Positions 52,260-64,000 of a stretch of 64,000 bases of DNA are shown here, in pieces (the first letter of the stretch is position 1; each line of letters starts with the position of its first letter). The position numbers were made by a program, and so were the translations under genes. This DNA comes from Marsupella aquatica. Taxonomy: Eukaryota; Plantae; Marchantiophyta. The notes beneath the pieces are model-generated. The model was not told the origin of the DNA, did no database searches, and saw nothing but the letters and a program-made list of their open reading frames with translations. Location of the stretch: the NCBI GenBank assembly GCA_973895155.1, contig OZ316898.1, forward strand, positions 5,381,079 to 5,445,078, written 5' to 3'.

Positions 52260-54125
52260 TTCTTACCATTGCCCAGAAGCCCTTTATCCATGGTGCACTA
52301 ATTTGTAATAATCGAGTTTCAAGGGCCAAATTTTTTAGGGCCATCTAAATGCAAGATAGATCTTACCATAGCTCTTATTTCCATTGCCCAGAAGCCCTTC
52401 ATCCATCGTGCACTAATTTACTAATAATCAAGTTTCAAGGGCTTAACTTTTTAGGGCCAGCTACATGCAAGATAGGTCTTACCATAGCTCCTACCATTGC
52501 CTGGAAGCCCTTCATGCATGGTGCACTAATCTTATTAATAAATCTTGATCAAAACCTACTCTTCATTGCTACTGTCTAGAGTGAAACCTTTAGAATAACT
52601 AAAGTGCATACAGAAAAACATATAACAAGGAATTTTGCTTTTTCAAGACTTTTTTGGTCACATCTTTATTTATGTTCAAAGAATGGTCCTAATGGTCTCC
52701 TTAGGTGAACGAGGAAGAGCTTAGTTACTCGAGACGAAAATAGTAGAATGTGTTTTGCTGGGGCTGAGGTTTAGCTAGCAAACTAGCGGAATGTGTTTTG
52801 TTGGGGCTGAGGTTCACCGAGCAAAATAGAGGAATGTGCTTTGCTGGGGCTGAGGTTCACCGAGCAGAATAGCGGAATGTGCTTTGCTGGGGCTGAGGTT
52901 TAGAGCAGAATAGCGGGATGTGCTTTTCCTGGGCCTCCGGATTACCGAGCAAAATAGAGGAATGTGGTTTTCTGGGACCGAGGTCTAGCGATGTCGGAAT
53001 GTGCTTGGCTGGGGCTGAGGTTTAGCGAGAAAAATATCGTAATGTGCTTTGCTGGGGCTGAGGTTTAGCAGTAGGGAGTAATAAGTACCCAAGGAATCAG
53101 CGGAGCGACGAGAGAGGCTTTCGTTTCCATTCGGTCAAGAAGAGAAGAGCGGAGCAGAGTAGACTCTGTTACCATTTCGTTGGAGCTGTTGTCGTCGGAG
53201 ACTGGACTGGATTGGAGATGGCCGCGATTGTCAGTGCTGCTCTCGGATACGTTGCTGCGCGGCAGACGGCTGCGACCCAGGTGCATATCTCCAGCGGAAG
53301 CCATAGCTAGAGCTCGTAGAGAAATCCGAGGACTGACCGTGCCGTTCCCCCACCTTTTCCCAATTGAGCTGGGTTTGCGGTGCTCCTCTGGAGTGTAGTG
53401 TAGTGTAGTAGAATCGGTTGTTCATGAGAAAAGCCTTTCTGTCGTCTGCGTGACAATAATGCGTGATCGAGAATGTACGGCGGAGTCATATGTTTGAGTC
53501 TAGGGGTTTTCGGGTTTTCCCAACATATGAATGTCTTTCTTGCACCTGTCTGCATCCTGTGGTGGGCTGTGCGTGCTGTACGTATCACAGAAATTGGTTC
53601 CGAGTGTCTTTTGTAAGACTGTGGAAAGTGTGTCCTTGAAGTAGAAATTGTGACATTCCTTGGCAGCTTCAGAGGTAGAACTCAGGTCCTGTGTAACTTT
53701 CCTACCGTACGTGCAATGGCGGTAGAAGCTGAGGGTTGCAAGACGCGTTGCTTATCTCGGTCGCAGGGAAAACCTGGGGCAATAGAAGGGGTGGGGGGTG
53801 GTTGGTGAATTTAAAAGTTTTGTAATTGACACAGCGAGCAATCTCGACGCACCTTTGAAATAAAAAATGAGCATCGGATACCATTGTAATCTGCAAATGA
53901 GTGCTATAACTTGTGTGGTGTGGGTTCCTTCAGTGGGATTGTGGCGTTTGGGTTGATGGATTTCCCGTTGGTTGGAGTTCCTGGGCTCGACTTCTGGAGT
54001 ATGTCATAGCAACCATGTAGGAGCTGAGGGGTCCTTTTTCTTCCCTTTGTCATTCATTTCGTCAGCATTGATTGAATATCTGAGAAATTCGTCTACTTTG
54101 CTGTCTATTGATGTACAAGTTATCA
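52260..54125 (+). repeat. Direct segmental duplicate of the RPRD upstream block (~110-bp array remnant, 43-bp array, leader exon, intron parts)
   Basis: 52555-52650 matches 25910-26040, 52735-53070 matches the 43-bp array, 53090-53910 matches 26830-27683, and 53915-54125 matches 28440-28640. Confidence 0.93.
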
Positions 54126-55065
54126 ACTTATTTAGTTTATACGACATGTTGCGGTCGGATTGGTGTTGACCAGGAGATCCGGACACTTTCTGTTACCATA
54201 GACGTGCCCTAACTGGCCCTTTGCTCACAACAAAGCTTGACTTCTTGTTGTCGTTCATCCCTTCTTTGACTTCATATTCTGGTAGGCACTTTTCGTGCAA
54301 AGTCTGGCACTGTACAAAATACTTTTCATGCAAAGGCTGACAACGTACAACTGTGCAACATTTTTCTATTCTTCAAGATTTGCGTTTCTTTTGTTTTCTT
54401 TAGCCTGGCTTGTACAGTAGTGTCCAGAATTTCTATTCAGCTTTGCATTGATTTTGTTTTCTGTGACTGTATGGCATTTTCTTTCACCTCCAGCGGGTTC
54501 CTTGCGGCAGTTTCTATACTTCAAGATTCTTATTTCTTTTGTTTTCTATAGCCTAGCGTGTACAGTTTGTAGTGTCCAGAATTTTCTATTCAAGATTAGC
54601 GTTTGGTTTTTCTAGCCTGGCTTGTACAGTATGTAGTGTCCACAATTTTCTATTCAACTTTTCATTGATTGTGTTTTCTCTGCCTGTGTGACTGTGTGGC
54701 ATGGTCTCTGACCTCCAGAACGTTCCTTGAAGTAATTTCTGTATACCTACTTGCCCTATTGGCTTAATCCTGGTTGTCTTTGTAATGCTTTTCCTTTTCA
54801 TTTACCTTTGCAGAGTTATCACTAGCTTACTCTTGCCTGATGCACATAAGGACATCACGCGGAAAGGGTGAGCTAGAAAAGTCGGAATCACGCATCTTCA
54901 TGATCGGACACTCTTGATTCGACTGTAAGTTTTCTGTGCTGCACGAATCTCGTTCAATTCGAGATCGTATAACGGTGAAGTAGGTGGGAGTGAGGGAAGG
55001 AGGAGGCACAAGAAGAAGGAATCCGAGGAGAAGTTGATGCAGAGGGAGAAAAGGGGGCATGAAGA

Positions 55066-55362
55066 ATGATCAGACCAGGAAAAGGAGGCGGATGGATATG
55101 GGCCACAGCTGAGAATTTGACCCAAAATAAATCTGCCGTGCGATCGGTCTACCGATCCATTTTGCGGGCGCTGAACTCCGAGAGACTGCCATTGACGCTG
55201 GCAGCAAGGGAGAGCTTCAAGGCTGAGGCAAGGTACATTTTCGATGCTGGAGCTCCTGAGCGTTCGCTGCATAATATCCGAGAGCTCCTCGACATCGCTC
55301 GCCACTCTCTCTCCGCCTTGCAGCAAGGAGAATTGCCCGGGAAGGGGCAGCAGGAGCAGTGA
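55066..55362 (+). CDS. Small LYR-motif (Complex1_LYR-like) protein, intronless CDS
   Basis: 98 aa. IWATAE.L..N...V.SVYRSILRALNS..LPLTLAAR...KAEAR.IF..G..ERSLHNI matches a plant LYR family from recall (VYR variant of the LYR motif). A candidate upstream acceptor tttgcag| lies at ~54812. Confidence 0.8.
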   Translation: MIRPGKGGGWIWATAENLTQNKSAVRSVYRSILRALNSERLPLTLAARESFKAEARYIFDAGAPERSLHNIRELLDIARHSLSALQQGELPGKGQQEQ

Positions 55363-56648
55363 ATCAAATCATCCTTCACATGAACTCATTGTTGTCCCAT
55401 GTACAGTCGGCGATTGAGTGAATTGCTGCTGTTGTCAAATCTAGGGATGCTTTGGTCTACTTTGAAGGTGGTCCGAATTTAGCCATGTTTTCAGCTTGTC
55501 ATTCAGGATTTTAGGGTTGGAATTTTATCATTCAGCAAAAGAATAGAGACATACTTTTGTTTACTTGCAGCTGACTTAAAGCCATTCATACGTTGGTACT
55601 CAATGCTCTTCGGTGTTAAATGATTGAATCTTTGCTCAATTCCTTTCTTGCATCACCTGCAGCTGTGCCAAAAGATTCCATTGTACAATTTTGTTTCGTC
55701 CTTCAGATTTCTAGGGTTAAATTTTTAATTTAGCAAGAGAAGGGGTTCACTTGCTACCCGTCCTCCAGGCTGAATCTCGACTTTGCATATTGGTGAAAAG
55801 CCGAGATGCAGCCTTGTGATGACGTCAACTCATCAATTCATGAGAAACCCTTTTACTAGAGGCGTTCAGAGTTTAAGGTAACACAGAGTATAGGTTTTTC
55901 ATCCATTCCATTCATCCATTCTATACTGCATTATGCTGATTGAGCCTATCGATAATCAGGTGTTGAGTAAAGCTTGCTCGCTTATTCCTTTCTCCTAGCC
56001 CACCACCGTTAAGGCTTCAAGCAAAATTCATGTCTAAGACTAGCTTCGGGGGTGGGGACTTTTCCATGTTTAGGGAGTTTGTCGTCGAGTACGTGACAAA
56101 ATCTTGGATGCAATCCAAGCCGCTTATGAGCATAGAACAGTTGAAATCTTGAAATCTTGCGGAAATATGTAGGAGATGTTCTTGTCTATAATTGTGGTCT
56201 GAGGTAGAGAGCAGTGGACCAAGCCCAAGAAAGGCCTTGTATGGTGACCTCCAGTCCCCAATTGGAGAATCTTGCTACTCGTTCGATTCCTCCTCTGCAG
56301 AATTCAAAATGTGACATCTCACAAATGATCTCAAGCTCCTTTCAACAAATGGTTGATGCAATTTATCATTTCTAACTTTGCCAGGGAGGTTATGTGAAGA
56401 AGAGCCATGTATAAAGTGCAGCCTTTGGAACCTAGTTATGTCCAACATTGAACTGTAATATAAATCCATAGGCCTTCTGAATGCCATGAGTTTATTTGTG
56501 TGATAGAAGTACTCATGCAACTGGACTACCCTAAGACTTTTATTTGTGTAATAGAATTAGTTGTGGAACTCAATTATCCTAACACTCAGTTGCGGGGTGC
56601 TGCTGACTCCAATATTGAGGTCCTTTATGATCCAGGCCTCTGGTATGG

Positions 56649-56762
56649 TCATCTGGTGGGGACTAAGTATGAGGAGATTAGTGGGCAACAAAACGTTGCA
56701 CTAATACCATCTGGTGGGGACTAAGTATGAGAAGATTAGTGGGCAACAAGACGTTGCACTAA
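56649..56762. repeat. Tandem 59-bp duplication
   Basis: catctggtggggactaagtatga..agattagtgggcaacaa.acgttgcactaa occurs twice. Confidence 0.9.
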
Positions 56763-57329
56763 AAAAGATGCACATTAAGGATTTAGACTAACATGAAGTT
56801 GGTTGGGTCATGGGAAGGACTGGGCTCAGGGTGGAGTGGTTAATAATGTCCTCAAAATGAAAAGAATCTTCTAACAATACACATCTGCCACGTTATTGAT
56901 TGTTAGATCTTGTAGAGATTGAGGGTGACTGTAAAAGCTGATTAGTCGGGTTCATCCGCCAGTAGCAAAAATTGAACACTTGCCCCTTCTATTTCCAGTG
57001 AGGGTTTAAGAAAGTAAGTGACCTTCCATTGGATCAACATCTGGTGGAATAACAATAAACACCCTACAGTAGTTACCTTAGTAGTATTTCTAGATTTGGC
57101 AAGACTGCCAAAGTGGTCCAAACATCTCTAGAGATAGACAATTTTTGGATGAAAGAACATTTGAGTAGCACTACTGCCTGGTCCATCTACTCAACCTAAT
57201 CTAGATGGCTGATGATGACCCATACTAGGTCCAAGGCCAAACCTTGGGGTCCTGGGGGTTTCCTCTGGCTATAGGTGATGTTGTGGCTTGCCTCATTGGC
57301 TTTTTGGGTCCCTTGGGATTGGTTTTTGT

Positions 57330-57485
57330 TAGTGCATCCCACAAGTTTTTGCTGCAATGCAATCAAAGCTCTGTCACCTTCATGATTAAGGGGGTGATGG
57401 AAGCTTACAAATATAGTGCATCCTTCAAGTTTTTGCTGCAATGCAGTCAATGCTGGGTCACCTTCATGAAAAAGGGGTGATGGTA
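57330..57485. repeat. Tandem ~85-bp duplication
   Basis: tagtgcatcc..caagtttttgctgcaatgca.tcaa.gct..gtcaccttcatga..aaggggg.tgatgg occurs twice. Confidence 0.85.
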
Positions 57486-59134
57486 GCTCACAAATATTAG
57501 CCAAGCACAAAGTTTGAAATGGAATCTCAACTAGCCTGCCTTGAGGCGTTCATTTGGGACCCCAGCACTTGGACTTTGAAGTGCTTTGGTTTGACTGTAA
57601 GAGATGTAAGGGCCCACTGTTTCATTGTATAATGAGTGGAAGTGCTCTATTGGCTTACAAGAACTCGGGGGCCCATTCAGTGACAGTGTCTACTGATGAT
57701 CCCAGCGTCTACAAATCGTGCATGACAGTAAATGGGCCCGAGGAAATGCTGGTGTGGATTGCTTATTTTGTCTAGAATTTTCGATTACCAGGGTAGTCTA
57801 AATTTGCAAACTTTAGCTCCTGCGTTCAAGGGACTTGCATTTCTCTAACTTCATTGCAAAAGATTTTTGGTGGGGAGTCCACCTGTGAACCAAAAACGAC
57901 CCTCCACTTTGCTGGGTGGAAAAAGTCACCCAACTAGCATAATCTTGAAGGTTTTTCATTTGTGGACAGTGTGGTGAATGCTTGCCTGCTCAAAGGAAAG
58001 ATGTTAAGAATATTCCTTATCTTTGTTTCCTAGATTATTTTTTGACCGTTAGATCTCCCTTAATTTAAGAATGACCGTCAGATCCCCAGATTTAAAGCCA
58101 TTAGATTCTGGCTAACAGGATATGTGGCCAGGTGGGAAACAGGAGAATGGGAGACAGAAATCTTAGTGAATTTTCTCTAAAGGTGGCAAAACCTTGTTGG
58201 AGAGGTTGGAGTCTAGATTTTGAGCCACTAAATAGAAAACTGCCCCAAGCTTTGTAAAGCCACCCTTAGTAGACGTCTCCTAGCGTCTTGTTGCAGCATC
58301 TCCCAATTTAATAGGAGCGCGAAATCGCGAATCCCACACAACCAAACCAATTTCAATCTAACTGTGGTAGATGGCATTGGGTGATCACAGTCGCAGGCTC
58401 AGGCCTGACCGTGGTGATGAGGAACTCACCGCGTCGTGATCGCCCCCTCCCCTCCCCGCGCAGCAGCACAGGGGCGAAAGCGATCGAGCGAACAAGGGAA
58501 CGCCCCTTTGAAGCCCCCCAACGCACCCTAAACTCTCGTTCCTTCCCCTCCTACAGTAGTACTCTAGTCCCCTCTTCCCCGTGTTGTTGTTGTTCCTCCC
58601 GTTTGCTTTCCTGTGTCAAGTTCTATCGTTCTTTTCCACTTTTCTTCGTCTCGTTCTCCTTTGGGTCTCGTGCGCCTCTCGGGCTGTCTGTCGTGTGCCC
58701 TGGCGCTTTTGTAGAGAGCAGTGTGGTGATCGGAGTGGGGGTTTTGGGGAATTTGTGGAGGGAAGATACGGTAAACAATGAAGCAGGAAGAGAGGGCAAC
58801 GAGCGAAGGAGGAGTAGGAGGTGGCAGTAAGGAGAGACGGTGAAAGAGGGGTTTTGCGCGCGGTGGCAGAAAATCGAAACAGGGGCAGGGCAAGGCAGGA
58901 CCGGCAATTGTGCATTGCTGGGTTGTGTAACGTCAGGAGGAAGAAGTGGGGGAGATTTTAGTGTTCGCATTGACGACGAAGGTATTGGCAGGGAAAGCGA
59001 AGGAGGAGGTGTTTACGGTGGTGGTGGTGGAGGAGGGGTTTAGAAGACGGAAGGAAGGGGAGTGAAGTGGGGCCGAGGCTTTTCCGTGGTGGAGGAGGAA
59101 GGGGGAGAAGGAAGAGGAGAGAAGGAGAGGGGCC

Positions 59135-62100
59135 ATGGCGGTTCCTGAGAGTGAAGAATTCATTCTTGAGAAGCTTTATGAGTACGGAGAGCGACTCAGC
59201 GAGTCGAAAGATAAGACGAAGGTCCTCATCATATTCTTCTTCTCTGAAAGCATTGCTGCAGTGCATCATCGTCTTCATTTTTCATCTGGAAACAAGGTCA
59301 AAATGAAAAAAATGTGCGGAGAGAGAAAGGACGAGGACTTCGTACATACCTCGCTTCCTTTCTCTCGATGTCGTAAGTAAGAAAGAGGATCTTAGGGTTT
59401 TGTGGTGGCCTCTCTACTCTAGTTGCCGTTATTCGCTTCTCTAGCTGGTGGTTGTTTTTATACAGTACAGAAATTCCACAACCATAAATGAGTGGTGGTG
59501 GTGGTCGTTCTTTGCCAACTGCTCACTTTCCCTCCTTCTTGACGGGGGCAATGGGGTATCAGAATGAAAGCGACTACATGGGCATCATAGCCGTAGCGAA
59601 GGGCAGCAATAAAGCGAAGCAGCTGTCGGCACAATTGATACCACGCTACTTCAAATTTTTCCCCGCGTATTCCTCCCAGGCTATCAATGCTCAACTCGAC
59701 CTCTGCGAAGAAGATGAATTACGGGTACGTCTACATTCCCCGTCCTGCCTACCCCCGCATACCTTTCCCTTCCAGACCTCAGGGGTCCCGTGCCTGTTCC
59801 TGCTATGAATCCTGTCGAACTTGGGCACGAATTGGGGCGTTTACTTTTCCGCCTTCGTTTTTGCCTCCAAGCCAAAGCTAGAATAGCACTGTGATCGGAA
59901 ATATCAGCATTATTCTTCTCGGCCTTCTACGGCGATAAATTCTGTGGTCGAAGGAGACTACATTTTTCTATCTCTCGTACACTAGTTTTGCTGCGAGTGT
60001 CATTCTGAAACCTGGACTATGTCCGCATGGAACGAACTGGAAGTTGAGTAATTACCTGTTCATGTATTTTCGCTCTCCTCGTCAACAGGGACAGCTTCAG
60101 TTTATATTTCTGAGTCCGCCCTCCAAGCTCCTCCGTCATCTTTCGGCAATGCTTTGCCACAGACCTTTTCCCAGTGCATGTATGGCCTGGGGTTATTTGG
60201 ACTACCTCACTATTTCCGATGCAGAAATGTTCCGATTCCCTGCTGTTTACCTTCAGAATAAGTGAGTTAATATGAGCTGGTCGTTTTCCCTAGAGATTTG
60301 TATTTACGGGGACATCACAAACCCTCAGAACGTGCTTCAAGTACGACTGGCTAGGTGGGTGGAATTTCAGTCAATTGGTAGGACCTTTGTGGTTTAGGTA
60401 TGCGGGGCGGAAGAACTAGAATTCAGGGTTTATGCAACTCCGTTCATTTAGAGCCAAATTCTGCAGAGTTTCACTGAACCTATTTGAGAGCAGGACCCTC
60501 CAATTTGACCCACTTTATCGTTCATTTTAGACACCATGATGCAGTGCCCGCAAGTTGAATATTTTTATTTCATCGCAAGACATTATCACATTATTGTGGC
60601 CATTCGTTGGGTTGTCTGATTTTCTAGGATATCAACAATAGATTGCTTTCAAAATTCAGGAAGGGATGATGATTGATGATGTCTTTCTAGTAAGCATAAG
60701 CGGAGATGGAATGTACCATCGAGACGTTTCAAGTGCGGAATCTAGGGCCTCAGAGTCGTGCTTGTCCGACATTTGGAAGAACTTTCAACTTACAGGATAT
60801 TGACCACTCGTGCCTCATATTGTTGGGTGTCTTCCCCTCTCTGATTATTATAACGATTCTCTACGTCTTGTTTTGGCAGATACGGGTTCAGGCAATCAGA
60901 GGCCTCCCTCTTTTGTGCAAGGACACGCCCGAACATTTACCTAAAATCGCTGATGTTTTGGGCCAACTTCTTCTGGCTGGTATGATCGGGGTTAGCCCCA
61001 CACTGTCGTGACTTTTGCTTCGTTTCTCAGCGGGAAGCTTCAGCTTTGAGCTTCCGTGGTCATATCACCGTTTGTCATGATGCAGAAGAAGACGTGGAAC
61101 GACATGCTGTGCAGCAAGCCTTAATGTCAGTTCTTAGGCAGGACACAAAAGGTGAAGATCGTAACTTGGCTGAGTTCAGTGATGATAGTTGGAGACTAGT
61201 CGCTTGCATATTTGATTACATTCCGTGATGTTGTGGACTCGACCCTTGTCACTTATATGTTTCCTTCGTGCTAGGCTGATATTCCATCGCGGTTTGGAGA
61301 TGTTTCTCTCGGCGACGCTGAGATTGACCATTTAACTAGGAATTACCCCACTGATGTTATTTTCTTGATGGGTGGGCTGGATTGGCAGCTTCTCTGACTG
61401 CTTTGTTCAAGCATATAGAAAATTCTGATGAGAATATTCGAGAGAAGGTGCTCATTTTTGTCAGGGAAAAGGTCTATTTCATGGCCCTTGAAGCCTTCCT
61501 TATCTTCTGTCAGTATCTTTGTTCCTTAATTTTTTTCTATCAAATGACTGGGATGATAACGGCAACAAGTAAACGCAGCAGACACTTGACTCCGACTGGT
61601 GGTCCTCAGGTTTTCCCAGCAAAAAATGAAGTACTGCATCCTCAAGATGAAATGGAGAGGCACATAACAGACCTAATCAAGAAGGTTTGCTTCCTTCTTA
61701 ACCAGGAGAACCAACTTACTCGACTTGTCTGGTGACATTTGACGTTTTAGACTTGGCATCTGGTAAACCAAAAGGGTCTATATCTAAACAGTTCTACATT
61801 CAATCACGTTGTGCGTCACTCCGGTGGAACTTATTTCTGCAGTTTTAATTGAAGACCACAACTATGATGTCAAAGTAAACCCTTGTTCACCTAGTATTTG
61901 GTCGGTAAAATTGCAGAGCTTGCAAGATGTCACAGGAGCAGAGTTTAAGATGTTTATGGACTTCCTGAAGAGTTTGAATCTCTTTTCAGAGAAGGCACCA
62001 CCAGAGCGTGTGCAGGAGTTACTTGAGATAGTGGAAGGTCAAGCGGATCTAGATGCGCAGTTCAATGTAAGCCTTTTCTGCATTGTTTTATTTCAAAGCA

Positions 62101-64000
62101 GTCTTGTTGTTGTCCCCTGCATCCTTGTTGTGCGTTGTCTGGGGCACCCACCGCGAGTCATGAGAGTAAGACACAACGCGAAGATACAAAGACCTGAATG
62201 TTGTTTAAGTTGGAGCTTCCAGTGAACTAAAGTGCACGTGTAGCGTTCAATTTTTCTTCGGTTCGCTTGGGCCAAGGTTGAAATTGTGTCCTGTAGGCCA
62301 TTACGCTTATGTTCCACGTCTTGCCATTTGCACAACCAGTTCAAATGCCGCCCATAGTCATCACGTCGTTTGCACATTTGGGAGTTCTGTAATTGTGAAA
62401 TAGAGGGACAGTGTTTAGGGAGATTACTAAAACAATATTTCTTGTGATGTTGCACTTTCCTCTCCTTGGGCGTCTTCCCACTCAGGGATGATCATCTCTC
62501 GGCTCCTGAGGCAAGGGTGTCATTGATTATTCTTAGCTCTGCCGGATAACACGAACACATCTGAGGGTGGGAAAGATCGCCCAAGAAAGTAGCTCCCTCT
62601 CTTGTATGTATGGTGTCTTTTTTAGTTTGTTTCACTTATGTCAATCACAATTGGCAAATTGATACGTTGTCGGAGAAATCGATACTGACGTGACCAGATA
62701 ATCGTTGAGGCATTGTTTACAGATTTCAGATACTGATCACATAGACCGGCTGATGTCGTGTTTAAATATGGCTCTTCCGTTTTATGCGGTAAGTAATGTC
62801 GACTACCATGATAACTCGAATCACTTTCACCAAAGTCAGGATCATTTGGCCAATAATTTTCTTGAAGGAGAGGTAGGAGACAATGAAAAAGGAGTGGGAC
62901 TTCTTTCCTCGAGGGTTTCTTGTTATATCTGATCGTTGAGACTGGGCCATGGGAACGGACACTGCGAATTATTTGGACAATGTGGGGAAGACTAATTGGT
63001 TCCCCTCTCTGATATTGTGTGATATGATTTTGGTATGGTGGTCAGGGCTTTAAACGCTATAGACAAGTGTTTTCTGGGTTTCTTTTGTTTTCTTTTCCTT
63101 TCTGTTGAGATAGAGGGAAGAGAAGGGACGGGGTCGGTGATGGGGAGTTTCGTGCCCTCTTCATCTGGGAAGCTTTCACAAACCATGACGGAGGGAAGAA
63201 ATGTCAGAGTGACGACACAGCTAATTTCATGTTTAATTTTAATGGAGCTCCTTGTTTTGTCATTCCGTGCAGCGCGGTGCATCCAACAGCAAATTCCTAA
63301 ATTACATCAACAAACATCTTCTTCCAGTTTTTGATAAGGTGTGCCTTTCGTCTAGCTATATACTGTGGCAAAGGTTGACTGTAGTGTACTTTGATGTGGA
63401 TCTTTCTGAGCGGGAAACCTGAGCAGTTACAGTAGCAGTCTTGGAGTAACGTACTTTATACCTTTTTGGTTAGTCGTCCTGTCTGTTTAACTACTTTAAG
63501 AGCCGTCCTGCATGTGAGATGGCCTAAAAACATGGTCCTAAAATGCTCCGGTGGCAGCTTTTTGTAGCAAGCGGTTTTTATTGCTTTAAGCTGATCTTTA
63601 GGGGCATTTTAGGGAGGCAAACCTCTCCAGGACCAAATCCTTACGTCGTGGAAACTTCGGGCCTGCAAGTTCTAGAAGAGCCAAAAAAGTCAGCAACACT
63701 TGTCTGCATTTATCCAGAGTTGGTCCACTGGTTTGTAGGCATAAAGTTAGCGAGTTTTAGGGCCAATATTTTAAGGACAGTTACATGCAAGATGGCTCTA
63801 AAGTATAACAGCAATAGGCCTTAAAAACCTTTGAGTTTCTCTAGAACTTCTGGGTAATCTACGAGATGAAGATTGAGACCAATGGTCGGGTCTGCTTCTT
63901 AGTGTTGTTAACTCTGTTGACCTCACACCCCTTTCTAGTCCTGACTTTCATGGTGATCACTGGGAACCCAAAAAGTCACTGTTAAAATTGATCCGTTCGT
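59135..64000 (+). CDS. API5: Apoptosis inhibitor 5-like protein, 3' part beyond the window
   Basis: Exons ~59135-59221, 59563-59724, 60880-60979, 61085-61151, 61389-61471, 61610-61684, 61917-62066, 62723-62788 and 63273-63338. Motifs: EKLYEYGERL, KQLSAQLIPRYFKFFP, LDLCEEDEL, RVQAIRGLPLLCKD, KIADVLGQLL, LQDVTGAEF. Confidence 0.92.

Noticed and set aside
58381-59306. Cluster of overlapping 60-150-aa ORFs on both strands
   Set aside because: This is the GA/GC-rich 5' leader region of API5, low complexity with no recognisable domains.

Overview
Eukaryotic nuclear DNA from a land plant. Spliceosomal GT-AG introns and plant-type proteins are seen directly; a bryophyte-like origin is only an impression and cannot be confirmed here. 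The six-frame ORF track is mostly exon fragments or noise. Reading the splice junctions gives these gene models: DIM1B/TXNL4B (+), an intronless At1g75140-like membrane protein with an unusual 144-bp (48-aa) repeat expansion (-), WDR43/UTP5 (-), an RPRD/CID-domain protein (+), a phosphoglycerate-mutase-like histidine phosphatase (+), histidinol dehydrogenase (-), an ASHR3/SDG4-type SET methyltransferase (-), a small LYR protein (+), and API5 (+, runs off the window). The ORF track misses several structures. (1) A two-exon 46-aa microprotein gene occurs twice in inverted orientation, one copy intact and one frameshifted. Each copy sits directly upstream of, and co-oriented with, a conventional gene, suggesting bicistronic or borrowed-leader transcription. 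(2) The promoter/5'-leader block of the RPRD gene is duplicated in front of the unrelated intronless LYR gene. (3) A non-autonomous Helitron carries serial decayed 3' termini. (4) Two U12-type introns are present. (5) A short mitochondrial-like large-subunit rRNA fragment, tRNA-derived SINE-like elements and many local tandem duplications also occur.
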